This document shows, one piece after another, positions 43,759 through 51,933 of a stretch of 64,000 nucleotides of DNA. The notes under the pieces were generated by a model. It was not told the origin of the DNA and ran no database searches. It saw only the letters and a program-made list of their open reading frames with translations. This DNA is from Eubacteriales bacterium (lineage in GTDB: Bacteria > Bacillota > Clostridia > Oscillospirales > JAAYXM01), in assembly GCA_045652405.1 (NCBI GenBank), contig JAZRUF010000005.1, positions 421 through 64,420 of the forward strand, in the 5' to 3' direction. Numbering within the stretch: the stretch's first letter is position 1; each line of letters opens with the position of its first letter. The position numbers were made by a program, and so were the translations under genes.

Positions 43759-43787
43759 TTGACAACCGAGGTCAAATTGAGTAGAAT
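43759..43787 (+). promoter_or_regulatory. Sigma-A-type promoter for the Mrp/NBP35 gene
   Basis: TTGACA (43759-43764), a 17-nt spacer, TAGAAT (43782-43787), about 60 nt upstream of the ATG. Confidence 0.6.
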
Positions 43788-43846
43788 AGATATGTTTTGT
43801 TAGTTAAGAATAACATTATACAAATATACAAAGGAGCTGTATTGTA

Positions 43847-44683
43847 ATGTCAGAAAACCAATCTTGTAGCCATGATTGCGGATCATGCTCTGCTAACTGT
43901 TCATCACGTGAGCAGTCCCCTACTGATTTTCGTGAAGCACCCCACGAATTGAGTAACATCCGCCGCGTTATAGGCGTAGTAAGCGGTAAGGGCGGCGTGG
44001 GTAAATCCCTTGTAACTTCCCTGCTCGCGGTTCTTTTAAACCGCCGTGGTAAGAAAACCGCTATTTTGGACGCGGATATAACCGGTCCCTCAATCCCTCA
44101 GATTTTCGGTCTTCACGACCGCGCTGTTGCTTCGGGAAACGCAATTTTGCCGGTGACCACAAAAACCGGAATTGATGTTATGTCCGTAAACCTATTGCTC
44201 GAGGACGAAAAACAGCCGGTTGTTTGGCGCGGTCCGGTTATTGCAGGAACAGTAAAACAGTTCTGGACAGATGTCATTTGGAAAGACGTTGACTATATGT
44301 TCGTCGATATGCCTCCCGGCACCGGCGATGTTCCTCTCACTGTATTCCAATCCCTGCCGGTTGACGGAATAGTTGTAGTCGCATCTCCGCAGGAACTTGT
44401 CAGCATGATAGTTTCCAAAGCAGTTAACATGGCAAAGATGATGAACATTCCGATTTTAGGTCTTGTCGAGAACATGAGCTATCTTGAGTGCCCAGATTGC
44501 TCGAAGAAAATAAGCATTTTTGGCGAAAGCCACATAGATGAAATCAGCCGTGAGTTCGGGCTTCCCGTACTCGCAAAAATTCCAATTGACCCGCAGCTTG
44601 CAAGCCTTTGCGACAAGGGTTCACTTGAGCTCTTTGACGCTGAATGGATGAACGAAGCGGCTGACAAAATTGAAAACTTATAA
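43847..44683 (+). CDS. Mrp/NBP35/ApbC family Fe-S cluster carrier ATPase with Cys-rich N-terminal extension
   Basis: Deviant Walker A SGKGGVGKS, DMPPGTGD and a C-terminal CPDC pair. The N-terminal extension is CSHDCGSCSANC. Confidence 0.85.
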   Translation: MSENQSCSHDCGSCSANCSSREQSPTDFREAPHELSNIRRVIGVVSGKGGVGKSLVTSLLAVLLNRRGKKTAILDADITGPSIPQIFGLHDRAVASGNAILPVTTKTGIDVMSVNLLLEDEKQPVVWRGPVIAGTVKQFWTDVIWKDVDYMFVDMPPGTGDVPLTVFQSLPVDGIVVVASPQELVSMIVSKAVNMAKMMNIPILGLVENMSYLECPDCSKKISIFGESHIDEISREFGLPVLAKIPIDPQLASLCDKGSLELFDAEWMNEAADKIENL

Positions 44684-44693
44684 TTTACACACA

Positions 44694-44731
44694 AAAAGTC
44701 TGTTCCTCATATGGAACAGACTTTTTATTTT
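44694..44731 (+). terminator. Rho-independent terminator after the Mrp gene
   Basis: 13-bp perfect stem, aaaagtctgttcc (44694-44706) pairing with ggaacagactttt (44713-44725), followed by TATTTT. Confidence 0.8.
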
Positions 44732-44949
44732 GTCACAAATGCGAGCGAAAGTGTTATTGATAAATAAATATTTGAAATGTCAAGCGCAATCTTAATACTC
44801 CCAAACTTCTTTCCTAACTTATCTGCAACCGCCTTTACACACTTTAAATATTATTTATAATTTCTATTCACAAGTTATACCCTATGTACATAAAATGAAT
44901 TGGAGTAATAATATGACTCTTATATTAAGCAATGGAGGTTTGTGCATAA

Positions 44950-45330
44950 ATGAGACACTATAACTGTGCTAATTTTGCAGGTAGCGGATTTGAAAATCCC
45001 AACTGCCCCCATCCACCGGTTCAGTATTGCTGCACGGGACCAATAGGTCCGCGCGGTCCGCAAGGCCCGCAAGGTCCCCAAGGTGAACCCGGCCCCGTAG
45101 GCCCGATGGGTGCTCAAGGTCCTATCGGCGCAACCGGCATTGACGGCGCTACCGGTCCTACCGGCGCTACTGGCCCTACTGGTGCTACTGGTGCTACTGG
45201 TGCCGATGCTGCCATAACTCCCGCAGCCGCCGTGGCAGATTTGCCTGCAACCGCAACATTGGAAGATGTGATAACAACCGTGAACTCTCTTCTCGCATCT
45301 CTCCGCGCAGCAGGCTTTTTAAACGCATAA
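44950..45330 (+). CDS. Small collagen-like (GXY repeat) protein, monocistronic
   Basis: 126 aa. The 29-aa N-terminus has four Cys. An uninterrupted run of 19 Gly-X-Y triplets follows ([57 protein letters not shown]). The 40-aa Ala/Leu-rich C-terminus is ...[29 protein letters not shown] lies 11 nt upstream and terminators flank both sides. Confidence 0.75.
   Translation: MRHYNCANFAGSGFENPNCPHPPVQYCCTGPIGPRGPQGPQGPQGEPGPVGPMGAQGPIGATGIDGATGPTGATGPTGATGATGADAAITPAAAVADLPATATLEDVITTVNSLLASLRAAGFLNA
45037..45207 (+). repeat. Triplet-codon (GXY) tandem repeat region with near-identical 9-nt units at its 3-prime end
   Basis: Every third codon is GGN. 45160-45205 holds reiterated ggYgcYacYgg / ggtgctact units ([19 protein letters not shown]). 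Confidence 0.8.
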
Positions 45331-45340
45331 ATTACAAAAA

Positions 45341-45374
45341 CCGGGAAGGCGGAATATACCGTCCTCCCGGTTTT
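45341..45374. terminator. Hairpin terminator between the convergent collagen-like and aminopeptidase genes
   Basis: ccgggaagg (45341-45349) pairs with cctcccgg (45363-45370) with one bulge. AAAAA lies upstream and TTTT downstream. Confidence 0.65.
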
Positions 45375-45389
45375 CATCGCTTGTTCTGA

Positions 45390-46805
45390 CTACTGCACTT
45401 TCTCATTAAAGAATGCACTGACCGCCTTTTTTGTCATATATACATCCAGTTTTGAAACCACTTCAAACGGCGCATGCATACTCAGCACCGGAACTCCTGC
45501 GTCAATCGTATCAATGTTTCTCTCAGCCATATACATTGCAACGGTTCCTCCACCGCCTTGATCGACTTTGCCAAGCGCACCCATCTGCCATAACGCACCC
45601 GCATCGTCAAATATTCTGCGCATACGAGCTACAAGCTCTGCAGAAGCATCGCTTGCTCCACTCTTCCCTCGTGAACCCGTATACTTGCAAAGTGCGATAC
45701 CGTAATTGAGCTTTGCCGCATTTCTAATGTCCAAAACTTCCGGGAAGTTCGGGTCAAAACCAACCGTAACATCAGCGGACAGACAACAAGACTTCTCATA
45801 GCATTCGCGAAGTGGCACGCCAAACGCCGCACATAAATCCTCCATAAAAGCATCAAAGTATTTACTCTTCATGCCGCTTACGCCTTCCGAGCCGATTTCC
45901 TCTTTGTCTGCGAGAACGCAAACGGCAGTCCGCTCGGGAGCATCAAGCTCCAAAAGCGCACAAAGTGCCGGGTATGCGCACACCCTGTCATCATGTCCGT
46001 ACGCACCTATCATTGAGCGGTCAAACCCTAAATCCCTCGCCTTGAATGCAGGAACAATTGATAACTCAGCGGATAAGAAATCCTCTTCAACAATCCCATA
46101 TTTTTCATTGAGAATCCTAAGCAGATTAAGCTTGACTGCGTCCGACTCACCTTCTGCTCCGCTTATCGGTTCACTTCCAACAAGCAAATTCAAATTCTCA
46201 CCGGTAAATCCCTCTGATAATTTCTTTGACATTTGATCCTTGCCCAAATGCGGAAGCAGATCTGTTATTGTGAAAATCGGGTCATCCTCTTTATCTCCAA
46301 CGGATACAGAAACCGTTTTACCACTCTTAAGCGCTATGACACCTCGAAGCTCAAGCGGAATTGCCGGCCACTGGTATTTCTTTATACCGCCGTAATAATG
46401 GGTTTTAAACATAGCAAACTCATTGTCCTGATACAGAGGATTTTGCTTTAAGTCAATCCGCGGCGCATCAATATGTGCCGCCGCTATATTTGCACCCGAG
46501 CTTACGTCCTTTGAACCTATAACTGCCAGTATAATGCTTTTGCCACGGTTATTTATATAAATTTTATCACCGCGCTTTAGTGCTTCGCCTCTTTTATACT
46601 CACGAAATCCTGCAGCTTTCGCTTCACAAATCGCTTGATTTACGCATTCACGCTCGGTTTTCCCTATATTCAAAAACGCCTTATACTCTTCACAAAACGA
46701 ATTCATTTCCGCACGCTCAGCATCATTAATAACATCGTATCCGTTCTTGGGTTTACTGCTGAGTTTATTGCGGATTTCTTCAATTTTTGTATTCTTCTCA
46801 CTCAT
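45390..46805 (-). CDS. M18 family aminopeptidase
   Basis: 471 aa with AAAHIDAPRIDLK, GAYGHDDRVC, EEIGSEG and LSMHAP, the metal-ligand blocks of M18 (aspartyl aminopeptidase-like) enzymes. Confidence 0.8.
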   Translation of the reverse strand: MSEKNTKIEEIRNKLSSKPKNGYDVINDAERAEMNSFCEEYKAFLNIGKTERECVNQAICEAKAAGFREYKRGEALKRGDKIYINNRGKSIILAVIGSKDVSSGANIAAAHIDAPRIDLKQNPLYQDNEFAMFKTHYYGGIKKYQWPAIPLELRGVIALKSGKTVSVSVGDKEDDPIFTITDLLPHLGKDQMSKKLSEGFTGENLNLLVGSEPISGAEGESDAVKLNLLRILNEKYGIVEEDFLSAELSIVPAFKARDLGFDRSMIGAYGHDDRVCAYPALCALLELDAPERTAVCVLADKEEIGSEGVSGMKSKYFDAFMEDLCAAFGVPLRECYEKSCCLSADVTVGFDPNFPEVLDIRNAAKLNYGIALCKYTGSRGKSGASDASAELVARMRRIFDDAGALWQMGALGKVDQGGGGTVAMYMAERNIDTIDAGVPVLSMHAPFEVVSKLDVYMTKKAVSAFFNEKVQ

Positions 46806-47406
46806 TAGGCAATTTCATTCCTTCCATAATCTGTTGATATAAAAATTCGGCATGTTCATCCGCGCTGATTTCTCCGCCAGTGTCTATAATATAATCGCAC
46901 CTTTCGCGGTAAAAAGACTCATCAGGCTGAGCATCAATTCTAAGAGCCGCTCTTGCCTCATCCAAATTATCGCGCTCCATTATGCGCTTTATTCTTAGAT
47001 TTCGCGGTGCAATAACACCGACTGTCACATCGCATATGCTGTCAACCCGGCTTTCAAAAAGTGCCGCAGCATCTATAACTGTTATCTCAGAATTCCCGCG
47101 ATAGCTGTCACCTATACGTCTTTCAATTTCTCTTACAACGTAACGGTGAGTAATATTATTTAAATCCTTCAGTGCCTCGGGATCAGAAAAAACCGTCTTC
47201 GCAAGCTTTCTCCTGTCTATCTTGTTTGATTCATCACGAGCGTGCGGAAACCTTTCTATTATTTCCTTTCGCATCACGACGCAACTTTCCAATAGCTCAT
47301 GGTAAACCGCATCAGCATCAATACTGTTACCGGCTATACGCCCAAGAGCTTGCGACACAGTGGTCTTTCCGCTACCACTACCGCCTGTAACGCCGACTAT
47401 AAGCAT
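46798..47406 (-). CDS. coaE: Dephospho-CoA kinase
   Basis: MLIVGVTGGSGSGKTT P-loop at the N-terminus. The ATG at 47406 is 7 nt after GGGAGA. The track start is a TTG extension. Confidence 0.85.
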   Translation of the reverse strand: MLIVGVTGGSGSGKTTVSQALGRIAGNSIDADAVYHELLESCVVMRKEIIERFPHARDESNKIDRRKLAKTVFSDPEALKDLNNITHRYVVREIERRIGDSYRGNSEITVIDAAALFESRVDSICDVTVGVIAPRNLRIKRIMERDNLDEARAALRIDAQPDESFYRERCDYIIDTGGEISADEHAEFLYQQIMEGMKLPNE

Positions 47407-47429
47407 TATCTTTTCTCCCTTCAAACGGA

Positions 47430-48476
47430 TTAAAGCTCAACTTTTTCAAAACCTGCAGCTTTCTCTAAGCGATTGACTATTGCCTGCTCTAATCCGTCCC
47501 CATTTTCCGGAACACGGGCATATATTATATCAATGTCACGACCGTCCAATCTGCGCAGTGCATCAAAAAGGCCGCGTGCCAAATCTTCCGGATTATCACT
47601 CGAAGCATAAACCTCAATCTCTACGCCTTCTGGAAGCCTTTTCTTGCTTTCCTCGCCGTAACACAAGAAAGAAATCTTTTTATCCTTTGATTGCTTTAGA
47701 AGGTAATCGTAAACCTTTTCTTCAGCGCCCTTTAAAATAACGACCGGAGCGCTCGGTGCATAATGGCGGTACTTCATTCCGGGCGCACGCACCTTTTCAC
47801 CTTCTCCCACGTTCTGAGTGAGAGCGCGGTCCTCGTTTAACTCACCGAGAACTTCCCTAAGCTGAGCCGCGGTAATTCCGCCGGGCCTTAATAAAGTGGG
47901 CGGATTGGTCGTCAAATCAACGACGGTTGACTCAACACCGACACTGCACGCTCCGCCGTCAACAATAGCCGGAATTTTACCGTTTAAATCATCAATAACA
48001 TGCTGAACGCACGTGGGGCTGGGCTTTCCGGAAGTATTGGCAGACGGCGCTGCCAGCGGAACACCGGCTGCGCGTATTATTGCCCTTGCAAATCTGCCGC
48101 GCGGGCAGCGTATTCCAACCGTATCCAAACCCGCAGTAACCGTTTCGGAAACCGTATCATTTTTCTTCATTATCATCGTAAGAGGTCCCGGCCAAAATGC
48201 GTTTGCCAGCTTATATGCGCTCTCGGGAACTGAATCACACAGCTTTTCCATGTCATAGACCTCGGAAATATGAACGATAAGCGGATTATCCTGCGGTCTT
48301 CCCTTTGCCTTAAAAATTTCGCTGACAGCTTTTTCATCAAGAGCATTTGCCGCAAGTCCGTACACGGTCTCTGTTGGTATCGCAACCACATTTCCCTCGC
48401 GCAAAAGCTTTCCTGCCTTATTTATTTTATCAATATCTTCAACAATACTTGAAACAGTTAAAATTTCAGTTTGCAT
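47430..48476 (-). CDS. tsaC: L-threonylcarbamoyladenylate synthase (Sua5/YwlC type, with C-terminal Sua5 domain)
   Basis: G.VVAIPTETVYGLAANAL, KGRP.DNPLIVH and SAN.SG.PSPT motifs. The 348-aa length implies the two-domain Sua5 form. Confidence 0.9.
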   Translation of the reverse strand: MQTEILTVSSIVEDIDKINKAGKLLREGNVVAIPTETVYGLAANALDEKAVSEIFKAKGRPQDNPLIVHISEVYDMEKLCDSVPESAYKLANAFWPGPLTMIMKKNDTVSETVTAGLDTVGIRCPRGRFARAIIRAAGVPLAAPSANTSGKPSPTCVQHVIDDLNGKIPAIVDGGACSVGVESTVVDLTTNPPTLLRPGGITAAQLREVLGELNEDRALTQNVGEGEKVRAPGMKYRHYAPSAPVVILKGAEEKVYDYLLKQSKDKKISFLCYGEESKKRLPEGVEIEVYASSDNPEDLARGLFDALRRLDGRDIDIIYARVPENGDGLEQAIVNRLEKAAGFEKVEL

Positions 48477-48543
48477 TTTCGCATCTCCATTTCCGAAATT
48501 TTATGCACGCAGAACATCAGTGCAGATTTAATGCAGAGCTTTT

Positions 48544-49617
48544 TTATTCTTGCTCACTAGCACGAAGCTTTTCCGCTTGGTCTGCAGTCACTATCGCATC
48601 TATCATTTCATCCATATCGCCGTTTAAGAAATTCTCAAGCTTGTAGAGAGTAAGCCCTATGCGATGGTCGGTAACTCTTCCCTGTGGGTAATTATACGTA
48701 CGTATTCTTTCGCTTCTATCGCCGGTTCCGACCTGGCTCTTACGCTCAGCAGCAATCTCATTTGCCTGCTGGGCACGCTGTATCTCGTAAATCTTGGAGC
48801 GTAAAATTTTAAACGCACGCTCGCGGTTTTTGTGCTGGCTGCGCTCGTCCTGGCATTCTACGACTATTCCCGTAGGTCTGTGCGTAAGACGAATCGCAGA
48901 CTCGGTCTTATTTACGTGCTGACCACCTGCACCCGATGCACGGAATGTGTCTACATCAACATCGGACGGATTTAAATCAACCTCAACCTCTTCCGCTTCA
49001 GGAAGCACCGCAACCGTAACGGTAGAGGTGTGTATACGTCCGGAGGACTCGGTATCCGGTACACGCTGAACTCTGTGCACACCACTTTCAAATTTAAAGC
49101 GCGAATACGCACCGGAACCGGTTATTTCAAAGCTTATTTCCTTAATTCCGCCCAGCTCAGTTTCATTTATGTTTACTATTTCATGTTGCCAACGGCGTGA
49201 CTCCGCATACATTGTATACATGCGATAAAGATTTGCCGCAAAGAGCGCGGCTTCCTCTCCACCCGCACCACCGCGGATTTCGACAATTACGTTCTTCTCA
49301 TCGTTAGGGTCTGTGGGCAGAAGCAGAATCCTGAGTTCCTGCTCGAGGCGCTCCATATCCTCCTTTGCGCCCTGTAGCTCTTCCTGCGCAAGCTCTTTAA
49401 GCTCGGCATCCGTTTGCCCGCTGAGCAGCTCCTGAGCATCTGCAGAATTCTTTTCCGCTCTCTTATAATCCCTGTACGCCTCAACAATGGGAGTAAGTTC
49501 CTTTTGCTCTTTTAAAAGCTTTGCCGCAGCAGCAGGATCGTCATAAAGCGACGGCTGCGCAAGCTGCTCTTCAATTGAATTAAATTTTTCTTCAATAAAC
49601 GCCAATTTTTCCAGCAT
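48544..49617 (-). CDS. prfA: Peptide chain release factor 1
   Basis: GGQHVNKT (GGQ motif) and [17 protein letters not shown] carrying the RF1-type PxT tripeptide. The reading frame is uninterrupted. Confidence 0.95.
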   Translation of the reverse strand: MLEKLAFIEEKFNSIEEQLAQPSLYDDPAAAAKLLKEQKELTPIVEAYRDYKRAEKNSADAQELLSGQTDAELKELAQEELQGAKEDMERLEQELRILLLPTDPNDEKNVIVEIRGGAGGEEAALFAANLYRMYTMYAESRRWQHEIVNINETELGGIKEISFEITGSGAYSRFKFESGVHRVQRVPDTESSGRIHTSTVTVAVLPEAEEVEVDLNPSDVDVDTFRASGAGGQHVNKTESAIRLTHRPTGIVVECQDERSQHKNRERAFKILRSKIYEIQRAQQANEIAAERKSQVGTGDRSERIRTYNYPQGRVTDHRIGLTLYKLENFLNGDMDEMIDAIVTADQAEKLRASEQE

Positions 49618-49660
49618 AATATTACTATTCCCCTTATTTTAATAACTGTATATTATTTCT

Positions 49661-50320
49661 CTAATACAAAACCGCACGGCACGGCGCACAGCTTGTTTTC
49701 TCAACCTTAATCGGAAGGGCTGAAAGCTTCATTTTACGCTCCTCAGCTTTCTCCAGATTAACACACGGTGCAAGCATCAAAATATCCGCATCGTAAAACT
49801 CCGGGAAAAAGCCTTGCAAATTGTCCAAGTTCTCCCACCGCGGAGTATCACTTCCCAATATACCGGGTTTCTTTCCAATCAGCCAGCGCATCGCATCCAA
49901 CGTAAAATACGGTGACTCTGAAAGGTAAAACGGCTCACGCCAATACCTTCCCCAATTGCAACCTATGAGCAGTGCATCACCGGGCTTAATAAGCTCTGCC
50001 TGACTGCATGCTTTGAGCTTATCTGCAGTTATAGGCTGCCGCCCTTTCCCCGCTTCAAAGCCAGGTAGTTTAAGTACCACCGCATCAACGTCGTGTATCC
50101 TTTCAATCGGAACATCTATAAGAGGATATGATTTATCTCCCAGAAAGTGTGCAGGCGTTTCAAGATAAGTTCCGGTCTGAGAATGAAGACCGTCAAATAT
50201 CTCGCAATAGACCTTATTTTCCACCCAGGGAACCTCAGGAAGCGGCTTGATATTTATGTTCGGAAACGGCGGTTCATAGTCCCACATACCGTCATATATA
50301 ACTCCGGTAATATCAATCAC
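49661..50320 (-). CDS. Cyclase-family (kynurenine formamidase/isatin hydrolase fold) protein with divergent metal motif
   Basis: Overall pattern and size fit the cyclase family. The signature region reads HSQTGTYLETPAHF (50147-50185), where the family motif is HxGTHxDxPxH. Confidence 0.55.
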   Translation of the reverse strand: MIDITGVIYDGMWDYEPPFPNINIKPLPEVPWVENKVYCEIFDGLHSQTGTYLETPAHFLGDKSYPLIDVPIERIHDVDAVVLKLPGFEAGKGRQPITADKLKACSQAELIKPGDALLIGCNWGRYWREPFYLSESPYFTLDAMRWLIGKKPGILGSDTPRWENLDNLQGFFPEFYDADILMLAPCVNLEKAEERKMKLSALPIKVEKTSCAPCRAVLY

Positions 50321-50339
50321 GTATGTTCACGTCCCTAAT

Positions 50340-51047
50340 TTACATTTTAGTAAGCGTTTCGAGAAATGCTTCAACTATTTTTTTAACCGAAACATTTTCA
50401 AGATACGGCTCGAACGAAAAATATCCTTCATAGCTTCTTGCAAGAAGAATTGATGCGCATTCTTTTACCTCGCTGTTTCCAAGTTCCGGCATCGTATATC
50501 CGCCGTTGTACAGCCTGTCATTTACCCTTAGAAGGATAATGTCATCCTTAAATTTATTCTTATACAAAACCTGCAAAAACGGATTTTTGTTTTCTTTTAC
50601 AAACTCGGACGGATTATATATTATCCGCGTGACATCGCATCTGATTTTTTCGTAAAAATCCATTGTAAAATTCGGATACTGTGCCTTGGGTTCAAACGCA
50701 ATCTTAACCCCTACAGCCTGCGCAATTTTAAAAATTTCGCCAAGGCTTTTAACCGTTTTATCCGAGTATTCGCCCAACGCACATGCGCAGATTTTAACCG
50801 CCTCAACACCGATTGCACGTGCATTCTGCAGTGCACGTACATATGAATCATAGCAATCAACAGGCATGTTCACGGTATATACGACCGCTCTTTTCATATT
50901 ATATATAAGCCAGTCACGGCTATCCTGAATGCATTTTCCGTCCATCTCGGATATAGGCTGACCGAAAAATCCGTCTTTGACCTCTATATTTGATATTCCG
51001 CAGGCATCCGTGTTTTTATCACAAAGTTTAATACTAAATTTATACAT
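50340..51047 (-). CDS. Hypothetical protein, possibly xylose-isomerase-like TIM barrel
   Basis: 235 aa with an alternating beta/alpha pattern and segments such as ARAIGVEAVKI and VKIAFEP reminiscent of the AP_endonuc_2/sugar phosphate isomerase fold. Recognition is weak. Confidence 0.3.
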   Translation of the reverse strand: MYKFSIKLCDKNTDACGISNIEVKDGFFGQPISEMDGKCIQDSRDWLIYNMKRAVVYTVNMPVDCYDSYVRALQNARAIGVEAVKICACALGEYSDKTVKSLGEIFKIAQAVGVKIAFEPKAQYPNFTMDFYEKIRCDVTRIIYNPSEFVKENKNPFLQVLYKNKFKDDIILLRVNDRLYNGGYTMPELGNSEVKECASILLARSYEGYFSFEPYLENVSVKKIVEAFLETLTKM

Positions 51048-51061
51048 AAAACACTTCCCCC

Positions 51062-51847
51062 TTATCCTCTCTGCTGCTCAAGCAGTCTGTGCGCGTTAGC
51101 GCAGTATTCGCAAGCCGGATTGTCACACATGAAATACAGCGGCTCATCGGCTATTTTTTTAATAAGTAAGCCAAACATTTTCTTAACTGATATAACCTTA
51201 ACCACGGCATTTCCTATATATCCGTCCGTCAACGCACCCGCTCTGCGCAGTATAGGAGTTGACCTGAGGAAATCACGATGTCCTGGCGGGAACTTTTCAA
51301 GAGTTATTTCTTTTCCCTTATATCCCTTCATGTACGTGGGTGCCGGCACAACTGTTTTCTCAAGATAGCATGAGTCCATAATATCCTCAATCGCATGCAG
51401 AGTTGTATTTCTGTTCATGTCTACACCAAGCAGCAGGATTTTGGCATCCATGTCACGCAGTTTTATATATGGGCTTCCTAACCCGCACGCATTCAAATAC
51501 TTTTCATGGCCACGCACCAGATATTCGGCCTTGGCACCTATTGCCGCTATTGAGTGTATCGGTGACAGGCTTCTGTTTGCCTCCGGCCTTTTTCTGAAAG
51601 CTTCGGATATTGCGCCTACTCCGCTAGGCGTTTTTTCTGCACAAAACGGATGTTCAAACGAGAGCGTGGAAACCGCAACTGTTCCGTTTTCACCAACCGC
51701 CTCCAAGAGCGCATCAATAACCGTATTCGCACCACCCTCAACATTTCCCATGCTCGAAAGCGAACTATGCACAAACAAGGTATCTCCCGGGACAATTCCC
51801 ATAAGCTTTAAGCTAAAAACTATCTGCTCCTTGCCGATTACCCTCAT
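51062..51847 (-). CDS. AAC(3)-family (Antibiotic_NAT) N-acetyltransferase
   Basis: LGIVPGDTLFVHSSLSSMGNVEGGANTVIDALLEAVGENGTVAV closely matches the conserved N-terminal block of aminoglycoside 3-N-acetyltransferase/YokD-like proteins. The C-terminus adds CDNPACEYC. Confidence 0.75.
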   Translation of the reverse strand: MRVIGKEQIVFSLKLMGIVPGDTLFVHSSLSSMGNVEGGANTVIDALLEAVGENGTVAVSTLSFEHPFCAEKTPSGVGAISEAFRKRPEANRSLSPIHSIAAIGAKAEYLVRGHEKYLNACGLGSPYIKLRDMDAKILLLGVDMNRNTTLHAIEDIMDSCYLEKTVVPAPTYMKGYKGKEITLEKFPPGHRDFLRSTPILRRAGALTDGYIGNAVVKVISVKKMFGLLIKKIADEPLYFMCDNPACEYCANAHRLLEQQRG

Positions 51848-51933
51848 GCCTTACCCTCCTGCTTCCAAATACTTCTTTATTAACTATATTATATAAACAT
51901 TCAAGTAAAATTACAATGGCATATTCAATTTTT

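Noticed and set aside
45114-45377. 87-aa minus-strand ORF rich in PVA repeats opposite the collagen-like gene
   Set aside because: It is the reverse complement of GXY codons and so automatically gives an open Ala/Pro/Val frame. It has no RBS and runs through the terminator hairpin.
48544-49617. Check for programmed frameshift in the release factor gene
   Set aside because: The gene is RF1 (PxT tripeptide PDT, single uninterrupted frame). The +1 frameshift is a feature of prfB, not prfA.
47430-49617. Absence of prmC (hemK) between prfA and the sua5/tsaC gene
   Set aside because: This differs from the Bacillus prfA-prmC-...-ywlC order, but prmC may simply be elsewhere in the genome. It is not evaluable from this window.
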